From assembly GCA_965203095.1 (NCBI GenBank), contig OZ241877.1, positions 1,664,001-1,728,000 of the forward strand: a DNA stretch of 64,000 nucleotides. Direction: 5' to 3'. This DNA comes from Bdellovibrionales bacterium. GTDB taxonomy: Bacteria > Bdellovibrionota > Bdellovibrionia > Bdellovibrionales > UBA1609. A model generated the notes under the pieces. The model ran no database searches, was not told the origin of the DNA, and worked only from the letters and a program-made list of their open reading frames with translations. This document shows positions 10,913 through 20,324 of this stretch, one piece after another; position 1 is the stretch's first letter; every line of letters begins with the position of its first letter. The translations under genes and the position numbers were made by a program.

Positions 10913-11083
10913 ACATTAGAGCCTTGTTTTAAAAAATGAACCAATACCCAGCTCAAAATGCCGGGCAACAGGCTTATTTTTTTGCCCCTGCTAAAAGCTG
11001 TCAAGACTATTTTTCAAAAAAAATGTTTAAGTTTAAAAAAAGGCCAGGTTGACAAAAAAAGCAAAGCTCCACACATTAAATAT

Positions 11084-13666
11084 ATGAGAAAATTACTGGA
11101 AAAAATGACACAAAAAAGCAAAGAGGCTTTTCAGGAGGCGGTTTTAGAGGCTCAAAAAAATCAAAATCCCAGTATAGAGCCGATTCATTTCATTTTAGAG
11201 ATTTTACGCCAAAAAGAGGCTTTGGCCTCTCAAATAGTGGAGCTTTCGCCTCTCAGCAGGGCCGAGTTGATAAAAGATTTGGAGCAAGAAGTCCGTCATC
11301 TTCCCAAAGTCAGTGGTTCTTCCTCCCCTCCCTACCCCTCCAATGAACTGATCCGGCTTTTGTCCGATTCGGAAAAAGAGGCCGAAAAACAAGGGGATAT
11401 TTATATTTCCACAGAGCATTTTGTGTTGGCTTTTTTGTCTTCTTCGCAAAGAGTGGCTAAAAAAATAGCCGAAAGGCAGAATTGGGATCGCCAGGCCTTT
11501 TTAACAGCAATTAAAAAGCTCAAAGGGGGTAAAAAAGTTCAGTCGGCCCATCCGGAAGATCAAATCAATGTTTTAGATAAATACACACGCGATCTCACTC
11601 AACTGGCGGAACAAGGCCAGTTGGACCCTGTAATAGGTAGGGACAGCGAGATCCGCCGGCTGATACAGGTTTTGTCTCGTAGAACAAAAAATAACCCTGT
11701 GCTTATTGGAGAGCCAGGGGTGGGAAAAACCGCCATTGCTGAAGGTTTGGCCCTCCGCATTTTAAAAAAAGATGTTCCGGAAGCTCTTTTTGGCAAGAAG
11801 GTTCTGGCTTTAGATTTGGCTGTAATGATTGCCGGGACTAAATATCGAGGGGAATTTGAAAATCGTATGAAGGCTTTAATCTCTGAGCTGAAAGCCAGTG
11901 AAGGGAGGATTTTTTTATTTATAGATGAGTTGCACACTTTGGTTGGAGCGGGGAAAACCGATGGGGCCATGGATGCCGGACAGATGCTGAAGCCGGCTTT
12001 GGCACGAGGGGAGTTAAGGGCTATTGGTGCCACCACTTTAGATGAATACAGAAAGTTTATTGAGAAGGATAAAGCCTTAGAAAGACGCTTTCAAATTGTT
12101 TTTGTTAAAGAACCGGGGGTGGCGGACTCTCTGACTATACTCCGTGGGCTGAAGGAAAAGTATGAAGCTCATCACGGGGTTCGCATTAAGGATTCGGCCC
12201 TTTTATCAGCGGTCAAATTGTCCCATCGCTACATTTCTGATCGCTTTTTGCCGGACAAGGCTATTGACTTGATAGATGAGGCCGCCAGCCGGTTGAACAT
12301 TGAAATTCACAGTGTTCCCGCCGTTATTGACGAAAATCAAAGGAAGATCATTCATCTTCAGGTGGAAAAAAAGGCTCTGCTTAAGGAAAAAGGCCCGGCG
12401 GAGAAAAAACGATGTTTAGAAATTGAAAAAATTTTAAAAGACTTGAAGGAACAAACAAAAACATTAAAAACTCAGTTAGAAAAAGAAAAAGGATCTATTT
12501 TAAAACTTCGTTCCCTCAAAAGGGAAACGGAATTGATTAAACAGGATATTGAGCGATCGGAACGGGAAGGGGCTTTAGACAAAGCCGCTGAGTTAAAATA
12601 TGGCCGACTTCCCCAAATAAAAAAAGAGCTTTCTGCCCTGGAAGAAAAAGCACGAGATAATTCTTCTCATTCACTTTTGAAGGAAGAAGTGGGGCCGGAG
12701 GAGATTGCTGAAGTGGTTTCTCAATGGACAGGCATTCCCTTAAAAAAAGTTTTGCAAAAGGAAGTGGAAAAACTGCTTTCTATGGAAAAACTTTTGAGGA
12801 AAAGAGTTTTAGGGCAGGATCAGGCTCTGTCTCTTGTAAGTGATTCGATCCGCCGGGCTCGAGCTGAGCTTTCTGATCCGGAAAGCCCTTTGGGCAGTTT
12901 TATCTTTTTAGGTCCTACAGGTGTGGGCAAAACGGAGACAGCGAAAGCTTTAGCAGAATTTCTTTTTGATACAGAAAAAGCTCTCATTCGCTTAGATATG
13001 AGCGAGTATATGGAAAAGCACAGCGTGTCTCGCTTGGTAGGGGCACCGCCAGGCTATGTGGGTTTTGAAGAGGGAGGGCAACTTACGGAAAGGGTCCGGC
13101 GACAACCCTATAGCATTATTCTTCTTGATGAGATAGAGAAGGCCCATCCCGATGTTTTCAATATTCTCTTGCAGGTTTTAGATGATGGTCGGCTAACAGA
13201 CGGGCAGGGGAGAGCTGTGGATTTTAAGAGCACGGCTTTAATTATGACCAGCAATTTAGGTTCTGATATTTTGTCTGATGAAAGCTTAAAAGAGGATGAA
13301 AAACAAACAAAAATCATGGATGTTTTAAAAAAACATTTTCGCCCTGAGTTTTTAAACCGCATAGATGAAGTGGTTATTTATAACTCTTTAGATAAGGAGC
13401 AAATTGAACAGATTGTTAAAATTCATATTCAAAGGGCAGAAGATCGCTTAACAGAGGGGGGAAAGCTGGACTTAGATTCAAAAGCACTTTCTTTTTTATC
13501 TAAAAAAGCTTTTGATCCGGTTTATGGTGCTCGCCCTGTTAAGCGAGCCATTCAAAGGGAGTTGTTAAACCCCTTGGCCCAAAAGCTGTTAAAAGCTGAG
13601 ATTTCAAAAAAATCCAAAATAAAGGTCACAGCCAATGATTTGAGGTTGGAATTTAAAAATAACTGA
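11084..13666 (+). CDS. clpB: ATP-dependent chaperone ClpB
   Basis: Two AAA+ modules (GEPGVGKT, GPTGVGKT), coiled-coil middle domain, GAPPGYVG, YGARP. Confidence 0.97.
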   Translation: MRKLLEKMTQKSKEAFQEAVLEAQKNQNPSIEPIHFILEILRQKEALASQIVELSPLSRAELIKDLEQEVRHLPKVSGSSSPPYPSNELIRLLSDSEKEAEKQGDIYISTEHFVLAFLSSSQRVAKKIAERQNWDRQAFLTAIKKLKGGKKVQSAHPEDQINVLDKYTRDLTQLAEQGQLDPVIGRDSEIRRLIQVLSRRTKNNPVLIGEPGVGKTAIAEGLALRILKKDVPEALFGKKVLALDLAVMIAGTKYRGEFENRMKALISELKASEGRIFLFIDELHTLVGAGKTDGAMDAGQMLKPALARGELRAIGATTLDEYRKFIEKDKALERRFQIVFVKEPGVADSLTILRGLKEKYEAHHGVRIKDSALLSAVKLSHRYISDRFLPDKAIDLIDEAASRLNIEIHSVPAVIDENQRKIIHLQVEKKALLKEKGPAEKKRCLEIEKILKDLKEQTKTLKTQLEKEKGSILKLRSLKRETELIKQDIERSEREGALDKAAELKYGRLPQIKKELSALEEKARDNSSHSLLKEEVGPEEIAEVVSQWTGIPLKKVLQKEVEKLLSMEKLLRKRVLGQDQALSLVSDSIRRARAELSDPESPLGSFIFLGPTGVGKTETAKALAEFLFDTEKALIRLDMSEYMEKHSVSRLVGAPPGYVGFEEGGQLTERVRRQPYSIILLDEIEKAHPDVFNILLQVLDDGRLTDGQGRAVDFKSTALIMTSNLGSDILSDESLKEDEKQTKIMDVLKKHFRPEFLNRIDEVVIYNSLDKEQIEQIVKIHIQRAEDRLTEGGKLDLDSKALSFLSKKAFDPVYGARPVKRAIQRELLNPLAQKLLKAEISKKSKIKVTANDLRLEFKNN

Positions 13667-13677
13667 AGATTTACGCA

Positions 13678-14271
13678 ATGACAAAAAAAGGTTTTTTTGT
13701 GACAGGAACAGGCACAGGGGTGGGGAAAACTCTCGTCTCCCTGGGGCTTTGCCTACATTTTAAAGCGGATTATTGGAAGCCTGTTCAAACAGGTCAGCCC
13801 AGTGATGTGAGTTTTATCCAAAAATTTTTACCAAAATCTCAAATTCACCGCAGTTCAGAAAGTTTTAAAGCCCCTCTCTCCCCCAATCAATCCGCAGAGG
13901 AAGAGGGCCGGAAAATAGATTTAAAAAATATTATTGTTCCTAAAAGCTCTTTTTTAATTGTTGAGGGGATTGGCGGGGTTTATGTTCCTTTAAATAAAAA
14001 GGAAAACCTTATGGATCTGATGCAAAAAATTTCTCTACCTTTAATTGTTGTGGCTCATAGCGGGATAGGAACTCTCAATCACAGCTTACTCACATTGTCA
14101 GTTTTACAAAAAAGACAGCTTGAAGTTGCGGGGGTGATTTTGTCCGGCCCAAAAAACAAAAAAAACAAAAGGGATATAGAACATTATGGGCAAGTTCCCG
14201 TGATTTTAGAAGTCCCCCCTTTGCCTCAAATTACAAAAGCCAAGCTTAAGGCATTGTTTAGTCGCCTGTAA
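13678..14271 (+). CDS. bioD: Dethiobiotin synthase
   Basis: FVTGTGTGVGKT, WKPVQTG, VEGIGG, GTLNHSLL. Confidence 0.93.
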   Translation: MTKKGFFVTGTGTGVGKTLVSLGLCLHFKADYWKPVQTGQPSDVSFIQKFLPKSQIHRSSESFKAPLSPNQSAEEEGRKIDLKNIIVPKSSFLIVEGIGGVYVPLNKKENLMDLMQKISLPLIVVAHSGIGTLNHSLLTLSVLQKRQLEVAGVILSGPKNKKNKRDIEHYGQVPVILEVPPLPQITKAKLKALFSRL

Positions 14272-14289
14272 AAAATGATTCTGTCAGCG

Positions 14290-14465
14290 AAATAATGAAC
14301 ATTTACAGGGCTGACTTGAGATGGGCACGATTGAGGGGGACAGACTTGAGAGGGGCTATTTTAAAAAAAGCAGACTTGGCATGGGCTATTATAGACTCAA
14401 AATATCGTGACATGATTATGGCCAGCAGAGCATTGAACACAGACAAGATTAACTGGGTGGATTAA
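14290..14465 (+). pseudogene. 3' remnant of a pentapeptide-repeat gene paralogous to 16360..16857
   Basis: Degenerate ADLxx codons, then a near-identical tail ATAGACTCAAAATATCGTGACATGATTATGG...AAGATTAACTGGGTGGATTAA (DSKYRDMIM...KINWVD). Confidence 0.8.
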
Positions 14466-14537
14466 GCTCTGCCCTTTTTGTGAAAAATTTACAATAGACT
14501 TTATTTTCCCGGACAATCCTGCTATAAACCCTACACA

Positions 14538-14813
14538 ATGAAAATACTATTAAGCCTTATCCTTTTAATGCACTTGCCGACTTTTGCTAATAACTGCCAT
14601 GATGCTTTTGATCCTGAAACTGAAAAACAGGCAGAATGGAACGAAAAAGAATTTAAGAGAGGATATTGGGCTGGAGTTAAGAAGACATTGGGAGAGGCAA
14701 TAATACTTGGAGCGATATGGGGGGGGAGTAGGGTATTTAATAGGGACAGAGCTACACGATTTTACTTGGGACGCCTTAAAACCAGAAAGCCTAAAACAGG
14801 AAAGGCTACATAA
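14538..14813 (+). CDS. Small exported protein sharing promoter and signal peptide with 16360; possible frameshift at a G8 tract
   Basis: MKILLSLILLMHLPTFANNCHDAF; upstream ~70 bp nearly identical to 16289-16359. Confidence 0.65.
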   Translation: MKILLSLILLMHLPTFANNCHDAFDPETEKQAEWNEKEFKRGYWAGVKKTLGEAIILGAIWGGSRVFNRDRATRFYLGRLKTRKPKTGKAT

Positions 14814-15095
14814 AGATTAACTGGATAGAATAAGCCTCAGAACCCTCTATTTTTCTCTCTAATCTCTATCTATATCCAAAGCCTCAGCTATCAAATAAGT
14901 CTCAAAAAATTCAGGTTAAAAGACAAAGCCAAAGAGCTTTTTAAAAGCTTTTAGGGAAAGAACTCTTGTTTTCACGAAGTCCAGCTGTTCTGGATTCCTG
15001 CTGTCACAGGAACAACGGTTTCCTGTGTCTAAGAAGCTTTTTAAACAAGCCCATCTCTAAAGTGACAAAACACGGACAAACAAACTAAAAAAGAA

Positions 15096-15287
15096 TCAAG
15101 AACCGTTTTTAAGCTTTTTGATCTCTCGAACAGGTAGGCCCGTCACTTTAGAGATGACAGCCAAATCCAGCTTTTCTCTCAACATATTCCGGATAACTTC
15201 CTCCCGTCCCTCTTGCCGACCTTCTTGCCGACCTTCCTGTCGTCCTTCCCAGCGACCTTCCAGCCGAATTTCCTCTTTTATGTCCAT
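15096..15287 (-). CDS. Putative internally initiated small Rpn C-terminal protein (RpnS-like)
   Basis: In-frame AAGGAGG-CTAT-ATG inside the rpn gene immediately before the EGRQ domain. Confidence 0.7.
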   Translation of the reverse strand: MDIKEEIRLEGRWEGRQEGRQEGRQEGREEVIRNMLREKLDLAVISKVTGLPVREIKKLKNGS

Positions 15288-16067
15288 ATAGCCTCCTTTC
15301 TTTAATAAAGCCTTCTTAATAGCCTCTTCCTCCAACTTGTTCCAAAGCTTAATATTTACCCCCGCCGACCTCAAATACTTGGCCACAGCCAATATCCACT
15401 CATCACGCTTAAAAACCCTAAAAAAAGCAAATAATACCTCCCGCAACTCCCGCTCATTATCCTTTAAAAACCACACACGGTCCAACAACTGTAAAACCCG
15501 ACCCGTCTTAAAACTCCGATCATCAAAAACCCTCTGAACCCTCCTATCCCCTGTATTCAATAACCTCAAACCATAATTTAACATGTTTTTTCTAAAAGAT
15601 CGAGGAATTTTTAAAAAAAACTCTCCTAAAACAACCTCCTGAAAAGACAACTTCCAACTCCAAGGGACTTTTCCGTGATAAAACAAAACAGGAATTACCA
15701 CTATCCTCTGTTGGGACTGCTCATAAAGCTTTGTCTGATACCTTAAAACCTGCTTAAAGAGATTTTTGTCATATTTGGACTTGTGCTCAAACAGGACGAC
15801 TATCCTGATCTGGCTTTTAGGAAAGTTTTTTAGGGGAAAAGACAAAACCAAGTCCATCTGCTTATCTTTAAAAAGGCTTTTTTCTACTTTGAGTTTTGAT
15901 AGATTACAGGCTTTTAACTCCTCTTTAGACAATATCAATCTCACAATCTCCTCAGCAAATTGAGGCTGAGAATAGAATCTTTTAAAAAATTTGTCGTGAT
16001 GATTTCCGGGCTTTAATACCGAAAATTCCCCAAGTTCTTTTTTAGTTTTTTGAGTTTTGATTTTCAT
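15096..16067 (-). CDS. Rpn family recombination-promoting nuclease / PD-(D/E)XK protein
   Basis: HDKFFK, DLV, LFEHKS, VIPVLFYHG; C-terminal EGRQ repeats and ISKVTGL tail. Confidence 0.92.
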   Translation of the reverse strand: MKIKTQKTKKELGEFSVLKPGNHHDKFFKRFYSQPQFAEEIVRLILSKEELKACNLSKLKVEKSLFKDKQMDLVLSFPLKNFPKSQIRIVVLFEHKSKYDKNLFKQVLRYQTKLYEQSQQRIVVIPVLFYHGKVPWSWKLSFQEVVLGEFFLKIPRSFRKNMLNYGLRLLNTGDRRVQRVFDDRSFKTGRVLQLLDRVWFLKDNERELREVLFAFFRVFKRDEWILAVAKYLRSAGVNIKLWNKLEEEAIKKALLKKGGYMDIKEEIRLEGRWEGRQEGRQEGRQEGREEVIRNMLREKLDLAVISKVTGLPVREIKKLKNGS

Positions 16068-16359
16068 TGGTATATTCTCCTTATTAGTTGGTGTTTAACT
16101 TACTGAGAATCCAAAAAAATAGTATAAAGTGCTTTTTATGGAAAAGCAAGCTATGGCTTAAAGAAATTGAAGAATAATGCAATCTTTTTAACAAGGCTTT
16201 TCACAGGCGATTAAGTCGCTCGTGAAAAAGCTCTGTCCGTTATCGCATAAGCAAAAGACCAGCTTAAAAGACAAAGCCTCACAATAAAGCTCTGCCCTTT
16301 TGTGTGAAAAATTTACAAAAGACTTTATTTTCCCGGCCATCCTGCTATAACCCTACACA

Positions 16360-16857
16360 ATGAAAATACTATTGAGCCTTATTCTTTTAATAAGCTTGCC
16401 GGCTTTTGCTAACTGCCGGAATGTTTTTGAGCCTGATTTAGAACCCGATAAAAAACAGGTAGAGCTGATTAAAAAAATCAGACAAGGGAAAAAAAACTTG
16501 GCAAGGGCGAACTTGAGAGAGGCGAAATTGGCGGGAGCGGACTTGATATTGGCAAAATTGACAGGGGCAGACTTGAGAAAGGCAGACTTGTCAGAGGCGA
16601 AATTGTCAGGGGCGAAATTGGAGAGGGCGATCTTGCAAGGGGCGAACTTAGAAAGGGCGAGATTGTATGGGGCGAACTTGACAAGGGCAGACTTGACAGA
16701 GGCCGACTTGCAAGGGGCGAACTTGGAAAGGGCGATCTTGACAGAGGTTAAATTGACAGGGGCGGACTTGAAAGGGGCTTTTATAGACTCAAAATATCGT
16801 GACATGATTATGGACAGCGGAGCATTAAACACAGACAAGATTAACTGGGTGGATTGA
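16360..16857 (+). CDS. Secreted pentapeptide-repeat protein
   Basis: Signal peptide MKILLSLILLISLPAFA; about 19 A(D/N/K)Lxx repeats; tail KINWVD. Confidence 0.9.
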   Translation: MKILLSLILLISLPAFANCRNVFEPDLEPDKKQVELIKKIRQGKKNLARANLREAKLAGADLILAKLTGADLRKADLSEAKLSGAKLERAILQGANLERARLYGANLTRADLTEADLQGANLERAILTEVKLTGADLKGAFIDSKYRDMIMDSGALNTDKINWVD

Positions 16858-16959
16858 GCTTTTGCCCTTTGTGTGAAAAATTTATAAAAGACGATATTTT
16901 GGATTCTTGCTTTCGCAGGAAAGATGGGCTGAGCTTTTTCATTGGCGAATAAATTAAGC

Positions 16960-17964
16960 TCACTTATAATATTTCAGGATTTTGTTCAGGTCTTTATTTT
17001 GTAGGCGAATGTCCTGTTCTTTATAGTCTATCAGATTTTGCTCAATTCCAGTTTTTTTAAAAAAATTTGCCTGCTCTCTATAATAAATTAAGCCCGTTGC
17101 CAGCTCTTTGTTTTTAGTTGAGTTTTCTAAAATTTGCTGAGCTTTCTCTTTATTTGTAGGATCATGATCTTTTATTTTTAAAAGTGAAATATTTCCACCA
17201 TTAGGTAAAGGAATTTTTTGCTTTACTCCTTCTTTTATTTCTGTTTCCATCGCGGGGCTTTCAACAATAATGTCTATTTCATGTAAGGGTGATTTTTTCT
17301 CCTTCATTGAGCTAAAGCTATGGGGGAAATCCTTTTCGTTTCCATAAGCGACACAGGGGGAAATCACATCGATAAAGGCAAAGCCCTCATAGAGCAGAGC
17401 CAGCTTTAAAAGTTGTGTGAGTTGTTTGTTGTCCCCACTAAAAGATCGAGCTATAAAACCACAACCAGCGGAGAGGGCCAGCAGGCAGAGGTTCATAGCT
17501 TGAAAGGGATTTTCCTTATTTCGCTTTGAGGAACTGCCTTTTTCCGCAGTGGTTGAAAACTGCCCCTTAGTCAAACCATAAACCCCGTTATTCTCCACAA
17601 TATAGATTATAGGGATGTTTTTTCTCACAGTATGCAAAAAGCCACTAAGGCCAATACTTCCAGTGTCCCCATCACCGGATATGCCTAACACTTTGAGCTT
17701 TCGATTAGCGATTTTAACCCCTGTAGCCACAGAGGGCATTCGCCCATGGATGGTATTGAACCCACGGGCCTGTTTTAAAAAATAATTAGGTGTTTTTGAA
17801 GAGCAACCAATCCCTGAAATCTTGGCTATTTGAAAAGGAGGGACAGAGCTTTCATAAAAAGCCTTCACAATGTGACGGCTTATTTGATCGTGCCCACAAC
17901 CTAAGCAAAGAGTGGAGGGAACAGCCCCTTCATATTGTTTTTTATCAAAAATTTTGCTATCCAT
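16960..17964 (-). CDS. 2-oxoacid:ferredoxin oxidoreductase subunit beta
   Basis: TLCLGCGH, SGIGCSS, HGR, SGDGD, NNGVYGLTKGQFS, SPC. Confidence 0.93.
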   Translation of the reverse strand: MDSKIFDKKQYEGAVPSTLCLGCGHDQISRHIVKAFYESSVPPFQIAKISGIGCSSKTPNYFLKQARGFNTIHGRMPSVATGVKIANRKLKVLGISGDGDTGSIGLSGFLHTVRKNIPIIYIVENNGVYGLTKGQFSTTAEKGSSSKRNKENPFQAMNLCLLALSAGCGFIARSFSGDNKQLTQLLKLALLYEGFAFIDVISPCVAYGNEKDFPHSFSSMKEKKSPLHEIDIIVESPAMETEIKEGVKQKIPLPNGGNISLLKIKDHDPTNKEKAQQILENSTKNKELATGLIYYREQANFFKKTGIEQNLIDYKEQDIRLQNKDLNKILKYYK

Positions 17965-18166
17965 TACTTTTTATGAAGATGTTTCAAGAACCGCTCGTCA
18001 AGAGCCTAAAACCAAGCCCTCCCTGTGTCAAGATTTGATGGCTATGTTTATCTTTATTAAGGTTTTGACTATTTTTGAAAGTTATGTTTTTATAGGCTCA
18101 AACTCTATGGGGCTTTCTTAAGGCAAAAGGAGATTGCCATTTTGTGGGCCATAAGGTGATATATCT

Positions 18167-19078
18167 ATGATTTTTCATCCTGTAAATATTCAAAAGCAAA
18201 GGCAACAGTTAAGAAGCCAGCTGAGTTCCTCCTGTCTTCGTTTTGTAGGGAGTTTTTCCCCTCTGATTTCCCGCCTGATTGAGAAAAAGGCTTTTGATGG
18301 CATTTATATCTCTGGAGCTGTGATCAGTAGCTTCCATGGCTTTCCGGATACTGGCCTTATCGACTTATCCCAGTTGGCTCGTTTTGCAGGGGGGCTGATA
18401 TCCTGCTCCTCTCTTCCCTCCCTTGCGGATGCGGACACTGGTTTTGGTTCTGCTCTGTCTTGTGCCCGTGCGGTTTATGAGTTAGAGAAAAGAGGGCTTT
18501 CGGGCCTTCATATAGAGGATCAGGTTTGCCCTAAAAGATGTGGCCATTTGGACAAAAAAAAACTCATTCCCACAAAGGAAATGGTCTTAAAGATCCAGTC
18601 CGCAGTGAGGGCACGGCAGGATAAAAATTTTTTAATTATTGCCCGAACAGACGCCAGAGGGGTGGAGGGCTTAAACTCAGCTGTCGATCGGGCTAAGGAG
18701 TATGTGTTGGCGGGAGCGGATATGATCTTCCCAGAGGCTTTGCAATCGGTAGGGGAGTTTGAAAAGTTTCGCTCAGAGCTTTCTATCCCCCTTATAGCCA
18801 ATATGACAGAGTTTGGTAAAACAGAAATCATCCCTTACTCTGTTTTTAAAAAGATGGCTTATAATATAGTCATCTATCCAGTGAGTTTGTGGAGACTTAG
18901 CCTTAAGGCTGTAGATGAGGGCTTAAGCCTTTTGGCTGAAGATCGCCAAAAAGATCTTTTGCCCAAAATGCAGACCCGGAAAGAGCTTTACAATCTCTTA
19001 GAATATTCAGCTTACAACCAGTTTGACAAAGAGCTTTTTAACTTTTCTAATAACGAGGAGAAAGGCCCGAAACCTTAA
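18167..19078 (+). CDS. prpB: Methylisocitrate lyase
   Basis: DADTGFG, HIEDQ..PKRCGHL, ARTDAR, ANMTEFGKT, MQTRKELY. Confidence 0.93.
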   Translation: MIFHPVNIQKQRQQLRSQLSSSCLRFVGSFSPLISRLIEKKAFDGIYISGAVISSFHGFPDTGLIDLSQLARFAGGLISCSSLPSLADADTGFGSALSCARAVYELEKRGLSGLHIEDQVCPKRCGHLDKKKLIPTKEMVLKIQSAVRARQDKNFLIIARTDARGVEGLNSAVDRAKEYVLAGADMIFPEALQSVGEFEKFRSELSIPLIANMTEFGKTEIIPYSVFKKMAYNIVIYPVSLWRLSLKAVDEGLSLLAEDRQKDLLPKMQTRKELYNLLEYSAYNQFDKELFNFSNNEEKGPKP

Positions 19079-19142
19079 AGGCGATCATGTGCAAAAGATC
19101 TACTCATAAAAACCGGAAAGCCCGTTTTTTTACGGAGGATGA

Positions 19143-20213
19143 ATGATGACATATTACCATCAGCTGGATCCTTATTTAATTCATTTTTTTGGGAATTGGG
19201 GTATCCGCTGGTATTCATTGGCTTATATTTTTGGTGTTATAGTCGCTTATTTTGCCGGATATTATCTTGTCCGAAAAGGGAGAATCTCAGTAAATCCCTC
19301 TAAAATTTCGGACATTATCTTTTTTGGAGCTATAGGGGCTGTTGTAGGAGGGCGACTGGGCTATTGTGCTTTTTATAACACCGATCTTTTTTTGTCTTTT
19401 GACCCGGCCTTTCCCTATTGGGGGGCACTCAAAGTCTATCAAGGGGGAATGTCCAGCCACGGGGGTATTATAGGGCTTTTGCTCTCTCAAATTTTATATA
19501 GCTATCGTCATAAACTGAATGTTTTTTCCTTAATGGATTGGGCCACAGTGGCTGGCTCCGTTGGAATCTTTTTTGGCAGAATAGCCAACTTCATAAACGG
19601 AGAGCTTTATGGCCGTGTTGTGGAAGGCTCAACTTGGTTGGCTGTTCGTTTCCCAACTGAACTTTATTTATGGGCCTATCAGCCGGACCTCTATAAAAAA
19701 CAGTTGCTTTCCCTTAAAACTTTGTTGCCCTCTCTCTCCTCAGTGTCGACTTCTACAGCTAAAATACCTACGGCCTCTGTATGGGAGGAATGGGTTTCTA
19801 AAGCAGTTAATGGAGATTTGGTTTATGAGGGTTATATCTCTTATGTTTGTCGGTTAATTGTTCAAAACTCAGGGCAGGCTGAAATAAGAGCTGTTTTAGA
19901 GCCTTTACTCTTCCTTCGCTATCCCTCTCAACTCTATCAGGCATTGTTGGGGGGGCTGGCCACTTTTTTAATTGTTTGTATTTTCTGGCTAAAAGCCAGA
20001 AAGGCGGGTTTAGTGAGCTTGGTTTGGATTAGCAGTTATCTCATATTTCGCATAATAACAGAGTTTTACAGGCAACCCGACCCTCAAACTGGTTTTCAAT
20101 TTTTTCAGCTCAGCCAAGGGCAGTGGTTGAGTATTTGTCTTTTTCTAATCGTGGCTTTGTATGGTTATTTTATTTACAAAAGCCAACCTATAGGTTTTAA
20201 AAGGGCAAATTAA
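19143..20213 (+). CDS. lgt: Prolipoprotein diacylglyceryl transferase
   Basis: IRWYSLAY, GGRLGY, GGMSSHGG, GRIANFINGELYGR, RYPSQLY, EFYRQPD. Confidence 0.95.
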   Translation: MMTYYHQLDPYLIHFFGNWGIRWYSLAYIFGVIVAYFAGYYLVRKGRISVNPSKISDIIFFGAIGAVVGGRLGYCAFYNTDLFLSFDPAFPYWGALKVYQGGMSSHGGIIGLLLSQILYSYRHKLNVFSLMDWATVAGSVGIFFGRIANFINGELYGRVVEGSTWLAVRFPTELYLWAYQPDLYKKQLLSLKTLLPSLSSVSTSTAKIPTASVWEEWVSKAVNGDLVYEGYISYVCRLIVQNSGQAEIRAVLEPLLFLRYPSQLYQALLGGLATFLIVCIFWLKARKAGLVSLVWISSYLIFRIITEFYRQPDPQTGFQFFQLSQGQWLSICLFLIVALYGYFIYKSQPIGFKRAN

Positions 20214-20324
20214 CAGCTGAAACTTTATGGCTATCTTCTTACAAAAGAGGATATGGACAAAAATAACAAAGCCCTAACAGTTGGAGACTTTATGGACCTC
20301 CCCTTAAATATGATCTCTCTCGGT

